64,000 nucleotides of DNA from Bacteroidetes bacterium RIFCSPLOWO2_12_FULL_37_12 (GCA_001769655.1 MEPC01000024.1:77572-141571), one strand, 5' to 3'; positions 27,128-38,245 are shown, counted from the first letter of the stretch. Program-made: numbers and translations. The notes: generated by a model not told the origin, from the sequence alone.

Positions 27128-28354
27128 ATGTTACAAAAAAATGAAATCGTCCTGCTACTGTTTAGCATCAGCATCATGCTTACCTTATCAAGAATTGTTG
27201 CTGAAGTGGGGAAAAAATATCATTTACCGATTGTCATAGGAGAAATTCTGGTGGGTGTCATTCTCGGTCCCACGGTGTTGGGTATGATAAAACCCGATTG
27301 GTTTGAATTAATATTTCCACCTGCCGGTTCCGTAAGGATAGCGTTGGATGGCATTACTACCTTATCCGTCATCATGTTATTATTTGTGGCAGGACTTGAA
27401 GTTCAATTACCTGTTGTATTAGAACAGGGAAAATTAGCTTTTTATACCAGCGTCAGCAGTATGATAGTTCCTTTTGCAACTGGTTTTGGAGTGGCTTGGT
27501 ATTTCCCTGAAATCTTTAATCTTGAAGATAATTCTTATCATTTGTTGTTTTCTTTATTTCTGGGAACTGCGTTGGCTATTTCTGCTTTACCGGTTATTGC
27601 CAGAACGTTGATGGACCTGAATATTTATAAAACAAAAGTTGGAATGATAATCATGGCTTCCGCTATGTTTAACGACTTAGCCGGTTGGTTGATGTTTTCA
27701 ATTATACTTTCAAAAATCGAAAATCAGGATGGAAGAATAAAATTATGGATGAGTATTGTATTTACGCTACTCTTTGGGATTTTAATGTTGACCTTGATAA
27801 GGAAAGTGATTAATCGTGTCTTACCATGGATACAAACAAATTTTTCATGGCCAGGGGGAGTGTTGGCTATTTCTTTCGGGTTATGTTTTATGAGCGCCGC
27901 CTTTACGGAATATATCGGATTACATGCTATTCTTGGCGCTTTTTTATTTGGAATAGCGCTGGGAGATTCAGTTCACATGCACGAACGTACCCGGGAAATC
28001 ATTCATCAATTCGTTACCAATATTTTTGCGCCCCTGTTTTTTGTTTCCATAGGATTACGGGTTAATTTTATTTCTAATTTCGATTTGACGATTGTTTTGG
28101 TTATTCTCGTATTAGCTTATGCTGGTAAACTAATAGGAGCGAGCTTCGGTGCCTGGTTTGGAGGAATGAAAAGCAGGGAGGCATTCGCTGTCGGCGCGGG
28201 CTTGAATGCCAGAGGCGCCATGGAAATAATTCTTGGTACGCTTGCCTTAAGTGCCGGTGTCATTACCACTCCTATTTTTGTGGCATTAGTAGTGATGGCA
28301 CTCGTTACCAGTTTATCGAGCGGAATAATGATGAAAGCGTTTCTGCGACCTTGA
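27128..28354 (+). CDS. monovalent cation:proton antiporter (CPA1/CPA2, Kef/NapA-like)
   Basis: 12-13 TM protein with the N-terminal motif LPIVIGEILVGVILGP, typical of Na+/H+ and K+/H+ antiporters. Confidence 0.8.
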   Translation: MLQKNEIVLLLFSISIMLTLSRIVAEVGKKYHLPIVIGEILVGVILGPTVLGMIKPDWFELIFPPAGSVRIALDGITTLSVIMLLFVAGLEVQLPVVLEQGKLAFYTSVSSMIVPFATGFGVAWYFPEIFNLEDNSYHLLFSLFLGTALAISALPVIARTLMDLNIYKTKVGMIIMASAMFNDLAGWLMFSIILSKIENQDGRIKLWMSIVFTLLFGILMLTLIRKVINRVLPWIQTNFSWPGGVLAISFGLCFMSAAFTEYIGLHAILGAFLFGIALGDSVHMHERTREIIHQFVTNIFAPLFFVSIGLRVNFISNFDLTIVLVILVLAYAGKLIGASFGAWFGGMKSREAFAVGAGLNARGAMEIILGTLALSAGVITTPIFVALVVMALVTSLSSGIMMKAFLRP

Positions 28355-28363
28355 TTCTAACCC

Positions 28364-31300
28364 TCACCTCAACACCGTCACCGTTCCCGAAGAAAGCAAC
28401 TCTTTTTGTTGAATTGTTCTTCCACTAATTATCCATGTATAAACACCCAATGGCACTGGTGTTCCGTTGAAATTTCCATCCCATCCCAAATCAAAATGAT
28501 TGCTCTCAAACATCTCTTTTCCCCAACGGTCAAAAACCTTGAATGAATAATTAACTATTAATCCATTTCCTTCCGGTTTGAATACATCGTTTAATCCATC
28601 CTGATCAGGTGTGAACGCATTTGGTATGTATAGAGTGGAATAGGGTTTTACATGTACCCATTCCGAAACAGTATCCGAACATCCACCGGATCCAGTGACA
28701 CGAAGTGTAATTAAAAAATTTCCGGTATCTGCATATAAATGCAATGGGTTTGTCTCTTCCGAATAACTGCCGTCTCCTAAATCCCAGCCAGAGGTGGAGT
28801 AACTAAACCCTGTATTAATTAACTCCACCTGCGGATCACGGCTGGTTGGTTCACCCTGGAGAATAAAACTTGCTTCCGGCATGGGATTCACATTAAGTCC
28901 TTTTTCAACCACGAAAAGGTTTGTGCACCCGGAAGCATTTATAACGTTAAGTGTCACTGTATAATACCCTTGTTCTTTATAACTATGTACCGGTGATTTT
29001 TCCACACTGGTGTCACCATCTCCAAACGACCAGAAATATTTTGTATCGCTATCAACTAATTGGCTCATATTTTCAAAATTAATTTCTTCACTCCCGCAAA
29101 TTTCCTGTTTGATGGTTGAAAAATCAGCCACCGGAGTCGGATGAATCAGAATGGTTGTTTCCCTTTCTGCTACACATTTGTGCATGGTTTCTGTGTAAAG
29201 TTTTATTTTGTACTCTCCTGCATTTTCAAAAATCTGGGTAATACTTTGTCCTGATTTTGCGTTTCCCTGCTGGAAACTCCATAACCATTTAACAATCTCA
29301 TCATTATCTTTTCCTGCATCTCCCTTAATTTTCACTTCCACATCTTCACAAAAATTTTCAGTTAAAATGACAGGATCAGGGGTTGAATAAATCGTCACAT
29401 TTTTCAGCACCGTATCCACACATCCGTTTTCTGATTCAATGATCAATGAAACAGGATATATTCCATTACTCATGTAACTATGTTCCGGATTTATTATTTC
29501 CGATGAGCTACCATCCCCAAAATCCCAATATCTTTTTACTAACAGGTTTTTATAGTCGGGATTTACGTTCTCAAAAAATTGTAACTTCTTTCCTTCGCAA
29601 ACATTTTCAACGCTGATTTCAACCATCTTTACCGGTTCAATATGAATAGTGTTTGTTTTAGTGTCACTGCACCCATTCGGTGTTTCAACAGTTAACGAAA
29701 TAGTATAACTTCCATATTCCTGATAACGATGAAAAATGGAAATCTCCTCTGAAGTGGCACCATCTCCGAAATCCCAGTGATATTCCCACGCTGAGTCAGG
29801 ATTTGTAATATTGTATGAAAATTGCACTTCCTTTTTACAAACTTGCTGATTTGTAAAATCTGCGTTTGGGACTTCAAAAATTTTTAGGGTATCTGAATAA
29901 AAATCACTGCATCCTATGATTGTGTCATTTGCAATCAATGTCACGAGATAGTTTCCAATACCTGTATAATAGGAAGTTGGATTTAGTGTTTTTGCTGAGT
30001 TTCCATCCCCAAAACTCCAGAAATAACTGTTGGCATTGGTGGTCTGATTTACAAAATCAACACGGGCAGGTCCGCAAGATGTATGAAGGGATGACTCAAA
30101 CGCTACCACCGGTCCCTGAACATGAATGAATCCAGGTTTTGTCAACGTATCCGTACATCCGGAGCTATCGGAAATTAATAGCTGTATATCATAATATCCT
30201 GATTTGGTATAAATATGAGATGGATTTTTTACACCGGATAAACTGCCATCTCCGAAGTTCCATTCCCATTTTTCACTTCCGTTGCTATGGTCAGTAAAGT
30301 TAAACAGAGCCGGAGGACAATTATAATTTTCCTGAGAAGAAAAATTTGCCTCCGGTTGTGTAACAATTACAGGATTGTTTAAATAAAACGTGTCGGCGCA
30401 TCCATTGAAAGACCATGCAATTAAACTTACAAAAAAAGTATCTTTTGCTGAAAAAATATGTACGGGTGATTTTTCTTCAGAGAAAAAACCATCTCCGAAA
30501 TTCCACAGGTATTTTTCACAATTTGCGGAAGTGTTCTGAAAAGAAACCGGAAAAGGCAAACAACCTTTATCACCATCCGCCAGAAAAGAGGATACCGGTT
30601 TACCTATTTGCACTGCATCCACCAAGTGACTTGTGTCTGAACATCCTTGCCCATAAGCGATTAGTGTCACACTCATTTTCCCTTCTTTTACATATATATG
30701 CGAAGGTGAATTTTCTGAGGATTGAAACCCATCTCCAAAATTCCAAAGATAATTTTCTGCTCCGGTTGAATTATTCTGAAAAACTACGCGGAGAGAATCA
30801 CAACCGCTTGATTTGGTTTGTATGCTGAAAGCGGAAGTGGGTCCGAAAACATGAATAGTATCTTTAAAATATATTGTCCTTTTACAGTTATTGGAATCCG
30901 TTAATTCAACCGAAACAAAATTGTTTCCGGTATTTTCAAATAAATGGGATGGATTGGAAATAGTGTCACTCTTTCCATCACCGAAATTCCATTTATATTC
31001 TGAGAACACTCCATTAGGAATATTGAATGTAACCACCAACGGTTTACATCCTGATTTTTGAGTAGCTGAAATGTTGTAATTCTCGCCGGTGTGGATTACC
31101 TGCGTTTTATTGCTCAAACATCCATTCTGATCAGTGACAGTTAATTTAGTCTGATAATCAGCAGAAGAAGGGAAATTATGCACAGGATTTTCTTCGTTTG
31201 AATTTGTTCCATCCCCGAAATCCCAGAAATATTGCAGGGACCCGTTTGAAAGGGAAGTGTCTGCATGAATCATGAAAGCCACTTTGTTTATCTCACAGAG

Positions 31301-33670
31301 AGTTGGGTAAGAGAAATTATAATCTGCCACCGGTCCTGTGATTTTAACAAATTCAACGTAAACGATAGTGTCTGATGAACCCGATGGATTTTTAGCAATC
31401 AAGCTGACCGTATAATTACCGGGATACAAATAAGTATGTTGTGGATTTTTTTCTGAGGAAGATGCCCCATCTCCGAAATTCCAGTTCCAGGAAATAGCTC
31501 CCTCACTTTCATTTATAAAATGCACTTCCCTTGGGGCGCATCCCAATACTACACTGCCTTCATCGGTCGAAAATTCAGCAGTTAAATTTCCAAAAACACC
31601 TCCTAATCCCATCTCTGCTTCACCTAATTTTTTACTGATAACCATTTCACATCCTTTCGAGTTTGTAATTTTAAGAGTTACAATAAATACACCCGGTTGT
31701 GAATAATAGTGAACCGGATTTTTTTCGTTAGAAAAAGTACTATCCCCAAAGTTCCATTCGTAAAGCAAATTTTCTGAAGATGCTACTGTGAACATAACCC
31801 TTTTTGGGTAGGATCCTTCAGCGATCTCAACTTTAAAATCCCCATTAAAAGATTCAAAATACAGCGCATTCACTTTTTCTAATGAATGTTTACATCCGTC
31901 AGAAGATGTTACTTCCAATGAAATAGTATAATATCCGGATTTAGTGTAGGTATGAGAAGGGTTTTTTACATTGGAATACGTACTATCACCAAAATCCCAA
32001 AACCAGGAGACAACATTTTCACTGAGAGAAACAAATTCTGCCGAATAGGGAGGACATTCTGATTTGATATTTACAGTAAAATCAGATTTGATTCCGCTTA
32101 CAAGATACGTGCTGAATTCCGGAATTGTAATGGAACATCCTCCATTCAACGTCATAGTGAGTGACACTGTATAATTACCAGCTATAGGATAAGTGTGAGA
32201 TGGATTAGCGGACTGTGAGGTAGTGCCATCTCCAAAATTCCATAACCAACCGGATACATCCGCTTTAGTATATGATAAATTAATTTGCATGGGAACACAT
32301 CCAGAAGTGACAGGGGGAATCTGATAATCAACATTTCCCGATAACACAACTACCGGATTATTTTGTGTAAACACATCAGCACACCCATTTTCATTTTCTA
32401 CTAATAAGGAAACGGAATAACTTCCGGCATTTGGATAAGTATGTACAGGACTTGTTTCAGAAGAAAAAGATCCGTCACCAAAATCCCAATGATATTTTGT
32501 GCCACCCATACTGGTGTTTGTAAATTGAACTTGTACAGGAAGGCAGGTCTGTATCATGTTTGATTCAAATCCGGCGATGGGTGATGAAGTGACTTTGATA
32601 TAATCGTTTACTATTTCAGTAAACCGGCATCCGTTGCTGTCAGTGACAGTCAGTGACACAGTATAATCACCTGCATTATTGAATGTATGGTTAATTTTAT
32701 AACCCGATATAGTATCCGTGCCACCAAAACTCCAAACCTGATTATTTGTATTGTTGGTATTCGAGCTAAAATTAACACCCAAAGGTTCACAACCGGTTAT
32801 GACATCGGCATAAATTTCCAGTGATAGAGGAGTTGCAATCTCAATTGGTTTTGGAATTTGATTGATTGTACTGCAATTAAATGCATTTGTAACTGTGAGC
32901 GTAGTGAGATAAGTGCCTGATGCCGTAAAATATTTTTCTGGTTTTAGCTCCGTGGATGTAGTGCCGTCTCCAAAATTCCACAGGTAGCTGTTTTCATTTT
33001 CAACTAAAGGACTGAAATTGAATGGCTGTGAAATGTCACATGCACTTAACGGTGAAACTGAAAACCCCGCATCCGGTATAGGATGTATTTCCACTGCTGA
33101 GGATATTTTCTTAAATGAATTGCATCCAAGATTATCAAATACCACAAGGGTAATATCAAATATTCCTGATTTTGAATAGTTATATACCGGTTCTTTCGCA
33201 TTTAACGTATTTCCGTCTCCCATATCCCACAAATAATTTACAGCATTGAGAGAATGATTATGTAAAATGATCTGATTATCATTACTGCAATGCCCATTTA
33301 TTTCAAGAGTAAAATCAGCTATTGGTTTTTCATTTACAATTACCATAGCAAGTTTAATTACAGAATCCTTTATTCCATCCTGACCGATATAGGTAAGAGA
33401 TACACTATATATTCCCGGTTGAAAATAAATATGTACCGGAGAAGGTATATCAGAAGTGGCACCATCTCCGAAGTACCATTTTAATTGAGTAGCGTTGTTT
33501 AGGATATTTGAGAAAGTGACTTTTAGCGGAGCACATCCTTGTGTCACATCGGCTAAGATGAGTGTCTCTGTTTGTGGTTCCTGGCTTTTTGCGGAATTAC
33601 TGAAAACAGTGATTGTTGCAATTAAAACTATAATAGTTTTAAAACGGTTAATGTTAGTAATGGGTCTCAT
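28364..33670 (-). CDS. giant PKD-repeat surface protein with gliding-motility/T9SS type-B C-terminal domain
   Basis: About 19 PKD-type repeats (W.FGDG..S....P.H.Y...G.Y.V.L). The C-terminal about 90 aa (YIPNAFTPDQDGLNDVFKP...VFDRWGKEMFES...GWDGNFNG..VPLGVYTWII) match the T9SS type-B / CHU_C sorting domain. Confidence 0.85.
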   Translation of the reverse strand: MRPITNINRFKTIIVLIATITVFSNSAKSQEPQTETLILADVTQGCAPLKVTFSNILNNATQLKWYFGDGATSDIPSPVHIYFQPGIYSVSLTYIGQDGIKDSVIKLAMVIVNEKPIADFTLEINGHCSNDNQIILHNHSLNAVNYLWDMGDGNTLNAKEPVYNYSKSGIFDITLVVFDNLGCNSFKKISSAVEIHPIPDAGFSVSPLSACDISQPFNFSPLVENENSYLWNFGDGTTSTELKPEKYFTASGTYLTTLTVTNAFNCSTINQIPKPIEIATPLSLEIYADVITGCEPLGVNFSSNTNNTNNQVWSFGGTDTISGYKINHTFNNAGDYTVSLTVTDSNGCRFTEIVNDYIKVTSSPIAGFESNMIQTCLPVQVQFTNTSMGGTKYHWDFGDGSFSSETSPVHTYPNAGSYSVSLLVENENGCADVFTQNNPVVVLSGNVDYQIPPVTSGCVPMQINLSYTKADVSGWLWNFGDGTTSQSANPSHTYPIAGNYTVSLTMTLNGGCSITIPEFSTYLVSGIKSDFTVNIKSECPPYSAEFVSLSENVVSWFWDFGDSTYSNVKNPSHTYTKSGYYTISLEVTSSDGCKHSLEKVNALYFESFNGDFKVEIAEGSYPKRVMFTVASSENLLYEWNFGDSTFSNEKNPVHYYSQPGVFIVTLKITNSKGCEMVISKKLGEAEMGLGGVFGNLTAEFSTDEGSVVLGCAPREVHFINESEGAISWNWNFGDGASSSEKNPQHTYLYPGNYTVSLIAKNPSGSSDTIVYVEFVKITGPVADYNFSYPTLCEINKVAFMIHADTSLSNGSLQYFWDFGDGTNSNEENPVHNFPSSADYQTKLTVTDQNGCLSNKTQVIHTGENYNISATQKSGCKPLVVTFNIPNGVFSEYKWNFGDGKSDTISNPSHLFENTGNNFVSVELTDSNNCKRTIYFKDTIHVFGPTSAFSIQTKSSGCDSLRVVFQNNSTGAENYLWNFGDGFQSSENSPSHIYVKEGKMSVTLIAYGQGCSDTSHLVDAVQIGKPVSSFLADGDKGCLPFPVSFQNTSANCEKYLWNFGDGFFSEEKSPVHIFSAKDTFFVSLIAWSFNGCADTFYLNNPVIVTQPEANFSSQENYNCPPALFNFTDHSNGSEKWEWNFGDGSLSGVKNPSHIYTKSGYYDIQLLISDSSGCTDTLTKPGFIHVQGPVVAFESSLHTSCGPARVDFVNQTTNANSYFWSFGDGNSAKTLNPTSYYTGIGNYLVTLIANDTIIGCSDFYSDTLKIFEVPNADFTNQQVCKKEVQFSYNITNPDSAWEYHWDFGDGATSEEISIFHRYQEYGSYTISLTVETPNGCSDTKTNTIHIEPVKMVEISVENVCEGKKLQFFENVNPDYKNLLVKRYWDFGDGSSSEIINPEHSYMSNGIYPVSLIIESENGCVDTVLKNVTIYSTPDPVILTENFCEDVEVKIKGDAGKDNDEIVKWLWSFQQGNAKSGQSITQIFENAGEYKIKLYTETMHKCVAERETTILIHPTPVADFSTIKQEICGSEEINFENMSQLVDSDTKYFWSFGDGDTSVEKSPVHSYKEQGYYTVTLNVINASGCTNLFVVEKGLNVNPMPEASFILQGEPTSRDPQVELINTGFSYSTSGWDLGDGSYSEETNPLHLYADTGNFLITLRVTGSGGCSDTVSEWVHVKPYSTLYIPNAFTPDQDGLNDVFKPEGNGLIVNYSFKVFDRWGKEMFESNHFDLGWDGNFNGTPVPLGVYTWIISGRTIQQKELLSSGTVTVLR

Positions 33671-33924
33671 GGCAATAAGGGTTTAATGGTGAATCCGAGA
33701 CCCTTTAGTGAAAACACCTTGCCAATGAATCCGTTTTTACAAAAACGTTTTGTAAAATAATAAATCTAATAGTTTGAATTTCAGGTAGTTGTAAACGTTT
33801 TTTATCCGTCTTTGCGAAATAAAAAAATCAAAAGTAAATGTAAAAAATTTCAATAGTTGGGTAATTATTTACCCGGAATGGGTACAACTTTTATGGGTTA
33901 ATTTATTTTTATTAAAAAATTTCA

Positions 33925-33932
33925 TACCTTTG
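33925..33932 (+). promoter_or_regulatory. -7 box TACCTTTG upstream of repeat-containing PD-(D/E)xK gene
   Basis: TAnnTTTG lies 26 nt upstream of the ATG at 33958. Confidence 0.4.
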
Positions 33933-33957
33933 TAAAAATTTTTAATCACTACCTAAC

Positions 33958-34746
33958 ATGAACACAAGCACACATACATCAGAAAAACCAAACTTTGAAA
34001 AAGTTTGGCTAATGTTTCAGGAAACGGATAGAAAGTTTCAGGAAACCGAACGACTTTTAAAAGAAGGTTCTCAGGAAACCGAACGACTTTTAAAAGAAGG
34101 TTCTCGGGAAACCGAACGACTTTTAAAAGAAGGTTCTCGGGAAACCGAACGACTTTTAAAAGAAGGTTCTCAGGAAACCGAACGACTTTTAAAAGAAGGT
34201 TCTCAGGAAACCGAACGGCTTTTAAAAGAAAGTTCTCAGGAAACGGATAGAATTTTAACTGAAAAGTTTCAGGAAACGGATAAACAATTCAAAGCAACCG
34301 ACAAAAAGATAAGGGAGGTGGAAGGATTGTTCACCGGCAAATGGGGACGGCTGATGGAAGCGCTGGTAGAGGGTGATTTGCTGAAATTATTACAGCGAAA
34401 AAACATTAAGGTGGACAAGACATTTACCAGAATTAAATTTACTTACCAGAACAGAAATGGCGAAATTGACATCATTGCCATGAATGGGAACGAAATAGTG
34501 CTTGTAGAAGTGAAAACGACCTTAACTTCTGAAGATGTAAAAGATTTTATTGAAAAAACGTTGGCGATTTACAAAAAGGTTTTTCCAGAATACAAAAACC
34601 GTAAAGTGTATGGCGCTGTTGCCTACCTGAACGCCGAAAGTCATGCAGAATTAAATGCAGAAAGAATGGGATTGTATGTCATCAAAGCCGTAGGAAGTAG
34701 TTCATCCATCATAAATCAGAAACGATTTATACCTAAGGTGTTTTAA
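33958..34746 (+). CDS. protein with six perfect 12-aa (Q/R)ETERLLKEGS repeats followed by a PD-(D/E)xK-like (DUF3782-like) C-terminal domain
   Basis: A 36-bp unit is repeated 6 times at about 34036-34250, with degenerate QETDRKF / QETDKQF flanks. The C-terminus carries a restriction-endonuclease-like core (EIDIIAMNG...VLVEVK). Confidence 0.6.
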   Translation: MNTSTHTSEKPNFEKVWLMFQETDRKFQETERLLKEGSQETERLLKEGSRETERLLKEGSRETERLLKEGSQETERLLKEGSQETERLLKESSQETDRILTEKFQETDKQFKATDKKIREVEGLFTGKWGRLMEALVEGDLLKLLQRKNIKVDKTFTRIKFTYQNRNGEIDIIAMNGNEIVLVEVKTTLTSEDVKDFIEKTLAIYKKVFPEYKNRKVYGAVAYLNAESHAELNAERMGLYVIKAVGSSSSIINQKRFIPKVF

Positions 34747-34780
34747 AGCATCTTTAAAATCTACCATTTTGTTCCTCTAA

Positions 34781-37700
34781 TCATTTCCTCACTCTCACCA
34801 CACGCTTCCCATAATTCCCCGCATCACCTTTTACCAATAAATAGTAAATTCCACTACTACTAAGGTTTGTTAAGTCAATGTCAAAGGATTGTTTGTGTGC
34901 ATTTGAGTTTAATGGAATACGATGGACCTGCCTGCCTGTGTTATCAAACATCAATAACGTATGCGGTTTAATATTTTCAGTATTCAAAATCAAAACCTTT
35001 AATTCGTCACCATTAGCAGGATTCGGATACACCGTAATATTTTTTTCGTAATTATTCTCATTGATTCCAACCAGACACTGTAACCGCAATGAATCCGAAT
35101 AAACCGTCATTGCCCCGTTGGCATCGGTGACAGTAACGGAATATGCATAAACTCCGATGGTGTCAAACATATAAATCGGAGCAGGTGGAGATAATTGTAC
35201 TCCTTTATCAATTGCCCATTGATAGGTAAAAGGTTCAACACCTCCGGTGGCACTTGGATAAAATTGAATTCCTTCTCCGGCACAGGCAGTATCGGTAGTG
35301 ACACTTGCTGAAAAATAGGGCTGAACCTCTGAAACCTTGCCTAACGCATATTGTCCCTCTCGGGTGTCACCGTTTGGAATTTTTATACGCAAATATTCTT
35401 TCCCATCATTATTAACCCTTGTGGCAGGTAAATTCTCCCAGTCAACGGCTGAGTTCGGGCGGTAAAGAATACGCTGATTTCCATAATTCTCAAATCCATC
35501 TGCCGTTGAATCATCAAAATCAACAATCAAAGCATTCCGGTGCTCACCATAAAATTCCCAAAACACTTCCAGCAATTCAGTGACATCTTGTGGCACATCT
35601 CCTCCGGGATTCATATCATAACGGATGGAATGAAGCGTATCGGTCTTTCCAGGATCCAATAATGAATATACAATTACCCCACCTTCTTTATAGTCCTTGA
35701 AAAAAGTATCGGGACTTGCAGTTGAATTTACAAATACAGTGTCCAAAGAAACTTTGGCATCGGATTTTGACATTGCAAGCGACCAGTTACTGAAGTGGTC
35801 AGTAGTGAAGCATATCTGATTTCCGTTACGTGTTGGTTTCACTTTAATTAATTCCCATCCACCGCCGGCATTGCGTTGAAAAACCAAACTGAGATGTTCA
35901 AGCCGCCTTGTGTGAAGTTTGGTAGAATCAAAAGTAAAACACACTTCTGCATCCATGCTATCTAAGGTAGAGCCAATTTCCCAATACTCATTATTGAAAA
36001 CGGTGGCAATGCTGTCATCCCCGACAATGTCAGGTACATTTTCAAAATACTGAACTACCGTAGCGCTCGTGGAATCGGAAGAGGTTTGTGAAACAAACGA
36101 GTTAAAGTTTAGTGTCACTCCGGTACTATCAAAAGGAATGGGTACACGAAGACCGGAGATGAGTTTCCCTTGTGCTTTGAAAGGTCTTCGGATTGGAACA
36201 ATTTCTATATCGGTTGCATATTCATGAAATCCTCCTCTGCTCACCGTATCAAAGTTTGAAAATATTCCTACAAAGAAACTATTGCCGAGACCGGAAAATT
36301 CATCGGAGAGATCCCCCGGTTGTTTTACAAAACGGCCAATCATCCTACCCGCATGGGCTTCTCCGCAGGTAAAACTTCCCATGATGCTGATATCGTCCAT
36401 CACTAAAACAGGGACGAATGTGCCATCTAATTTTTTTCTTTCAATCACTCCTTTGCCGCCGGTATAAATTCTTCTATGACCCGGAGGATTTGAAAAATCA
36501 AGAAAACTCAACGTAACAGGACTTAATCTTAACCGGAATCTATTGGAGGGTATTGTATCAAATACTTTAGTATTCTGAGCCAAACAGGAACCGATTGCGT
36601 CTAAGGAATCGCTTGGACGTTTGAAAATGAGTCGTTTGAAAATGCTGTCGGTACAAAGTTGTTGATTAGGTCTTTGAAGAGGATTTACTCCATAAAAATT
36701 TTGCCTGAAGGTAAGGGAAGGAAGTTGGGCATTCAATACTTTTACGGTAACAAAAGCTAAATTTCCACAACCATTCTCAGCAACCAACACCGAATAAGAA
36801 GTTGAAATTTCAGGAGTTACTGTTATGCTTTTAGTTGAATCGCCGGTATTCCATAAAAATTTATTACCTCCGCTCGCGGTGAGTGTTATTGCAGTACCGG
36901 CAGAAATAGCGGTATCTTTTCCTGCGCTGGACACAGGTGCTTTACGTACATATAAATCCTTGACCAGCGAATCGGCGCAGACCTCATTCATTGCACGCAA
37001 TACTATTTGATATTTACCCGGTACAGTTATTTCTCTTCCTACAAAGTCAGCACTGTCTATAGGAACCCCATTTATTGCCCATTTAAAAGACGCCGCCAAA
37101 GGACTAATTCTCTGAAAGAAAACTTTTTTACCGGAACAAATGATGGAATCGCTGGTTTTAAATAAAGCTAAAGGACAGCGAGTTGGGAGAGTATACTTGG
37201 CTTCTTTAATTGAAGAGTCAGCTCTTAATGATATTTCCATAACAATAAAATTACCATACAAAGAATGTCTCTGAATCCACTGCAAACTATGTTCAACAAA
37301 AGTAGTATCCTGTAAGTACATGTAAGATTGAAGGGTATCATTCCACATAAACAATGAGTCCGTTTTTATTTTTTCTTCCCTCAGCCGGAGAACGTCCTTA
37401 AAAGTCGCAACCGGGGTGCGGATAGTGCCGAATCCATCCGCGGTTATTGTTTTTGAGGTGTATGATTTTTGTAAGAGGTTGCCCATAAACGTATGAAAAA
37501 CGCTATTACCGGATCTTGAAGAATTATGGGTGAAATTATTTAAAGGCATTAACACTTCGGATGGAATAACCCGTGCGGCTCTTGTAAATCCCGGTTTTTC
37601 AAAGATTGCGCCTACGAAATATATTCCGGTGCTATCCATTTTATAATATGCCCACATACTGTCTCTCATGAATTTTAAAGCAAAACCCGCGTTCGGAAAT

Positions 37701-37960
37701 GAATCGGAATAAGGGGAAAGTTTCGATGGGATAATTTTTAAATAAGCGGTATCTGCCGGAATAAATTTACCGGAATAATCCCAGAATTGGTTGGCGCCGG
37801 AACCAAACACATTGATGTTAGTAGCGGTAGTGTCTCTCACTTCATAAAAATCAGTTCCCCATTCTGGGATAATTTTAGAAGTTAAGGCAATCTGTGCTTC
37901 AGACAAACTATATGTGGTTGCGAGCAAAGAAATCAAGAGTAGTTTTTTCATGATTTTCAT
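34781..37960 (-). CDS. large secreted protein with T9SS type-A C-terminal sorting domain
   Basis: Signal peptide. The C-terminal about 80 aa (ITVYPNPANGDELKVLI...GIYYLLVKGD..KRVVRV) match the Por-secretion CTD. 1059 aa. No catalytic motif recognised. Confidence 0.75.
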   Translation of the reverse strand: MKIMKKLLLISLLATTYSLSEAQIALTSKIIPEWGTDFYEVRDTTATNINVFGSGANQFWDYSGKFIPADTAYLKIIPSKLSPYSDSFPNAGFALKFMRDSMWAYYKMDSTGIYFVGAIFEKPGFTRAARVIPSEVLMPLNNFTHNSSRSGNSVFHTFMGNLLQKSYTSKTITADGFGTIRTPVATFKDVLRLREEKIKTDSLFMWNDTLQSYMYLQDTTFVEHSLQWIQRHSLYGNFIVMEISLRADSSIKEAKYTLPTRCPLALFKTSDSIICSGKKVFFQRISPLAASFKWAINGVPIDSADFVGREITVPGKYQIVLRAMNEVCADSLVKDLYVRKAPVSSAGKDTAISAGTAITLTASGGNKFLWNTGDSTKSITVTPEISTSYSVLVAENGCGNLAFVTVKVLNAQLPSLTFRQNFYGVNPLQRPNQQLCTDSIFKRLIFKRPSDSLDAIGSCLAQNTKVFDTIPSNRFRLRLSPVTLSFLDFSNPPGHRRIYTGGKGVIERKKLDGTFVPVLVMDDISIMGSFTCGEAHAGRMIGRFVKQPGDLSDEFSGLGNSFFVGIFSNFDTVSRGGFHEYATDIEIVPIRRPFKAQGKLISGLRVPIPFDSTGVTLNFNSFVSQTSSDSTSATVVQYFENVPDIVGDDSIATVFNNEYWEIGSTLDSMDAEVCFTFDSTKLHTRRLEHLSLVFQRNAGGGWELIKVKPTRNGNQICFTTDHFSNWSLAMSKSDAKVSLDTVFVNSTASPDTFFKDYKEGGVIVYSLLDPGKTDTLHSIRYDMNPGGDVPQDVTELLEVFWEFYGEHRNALIVDFDDSTADGFENYGNQRILYRPNSAVDWENLPATRVNNDGKEYLRIKIPNGDTREGQYALGKVSEVQPYFSASVTTDTACAGEGIQFYPSATGGVEPFTYQWAIDKGVQLSPPAPIYMFDTIGVYAYSVTVTDANGAMTVYSDSLRLQCLVGINENNYEKNITVYPNPANGDELKVLILNTENIKPHTLLMFDNTGRQVHRIPLNSNAHKQSFDIDLTNLSSSGIYYLLVKGDAGNYGKRVVRVRK

Positions 37961-38245
37961 GGTTATAAAGGTTAATATTTAATAAAGAAAGGCAAAGCTA
38001 TGTAAAAAAAACGAGATTAAAAAATTATTAATGAAATAATTTGAACTTCGTTTTGTGCCGTAGGCACGATTTAATTTTGTAATGATTGACTTTAGTCCGT
38101 CATTCAAATCTGTTCGTTTTATAACCAGATGTGCCCCTTCCTTCGTCAGGGTAAACTCCGGCACGATTTAATTTAGATTCTCAAATAGGTATCGCTCGTT
38201 ATATGGCACTTCAAACTTCTTCAATAACTCCAGATGCTCTTCTCT

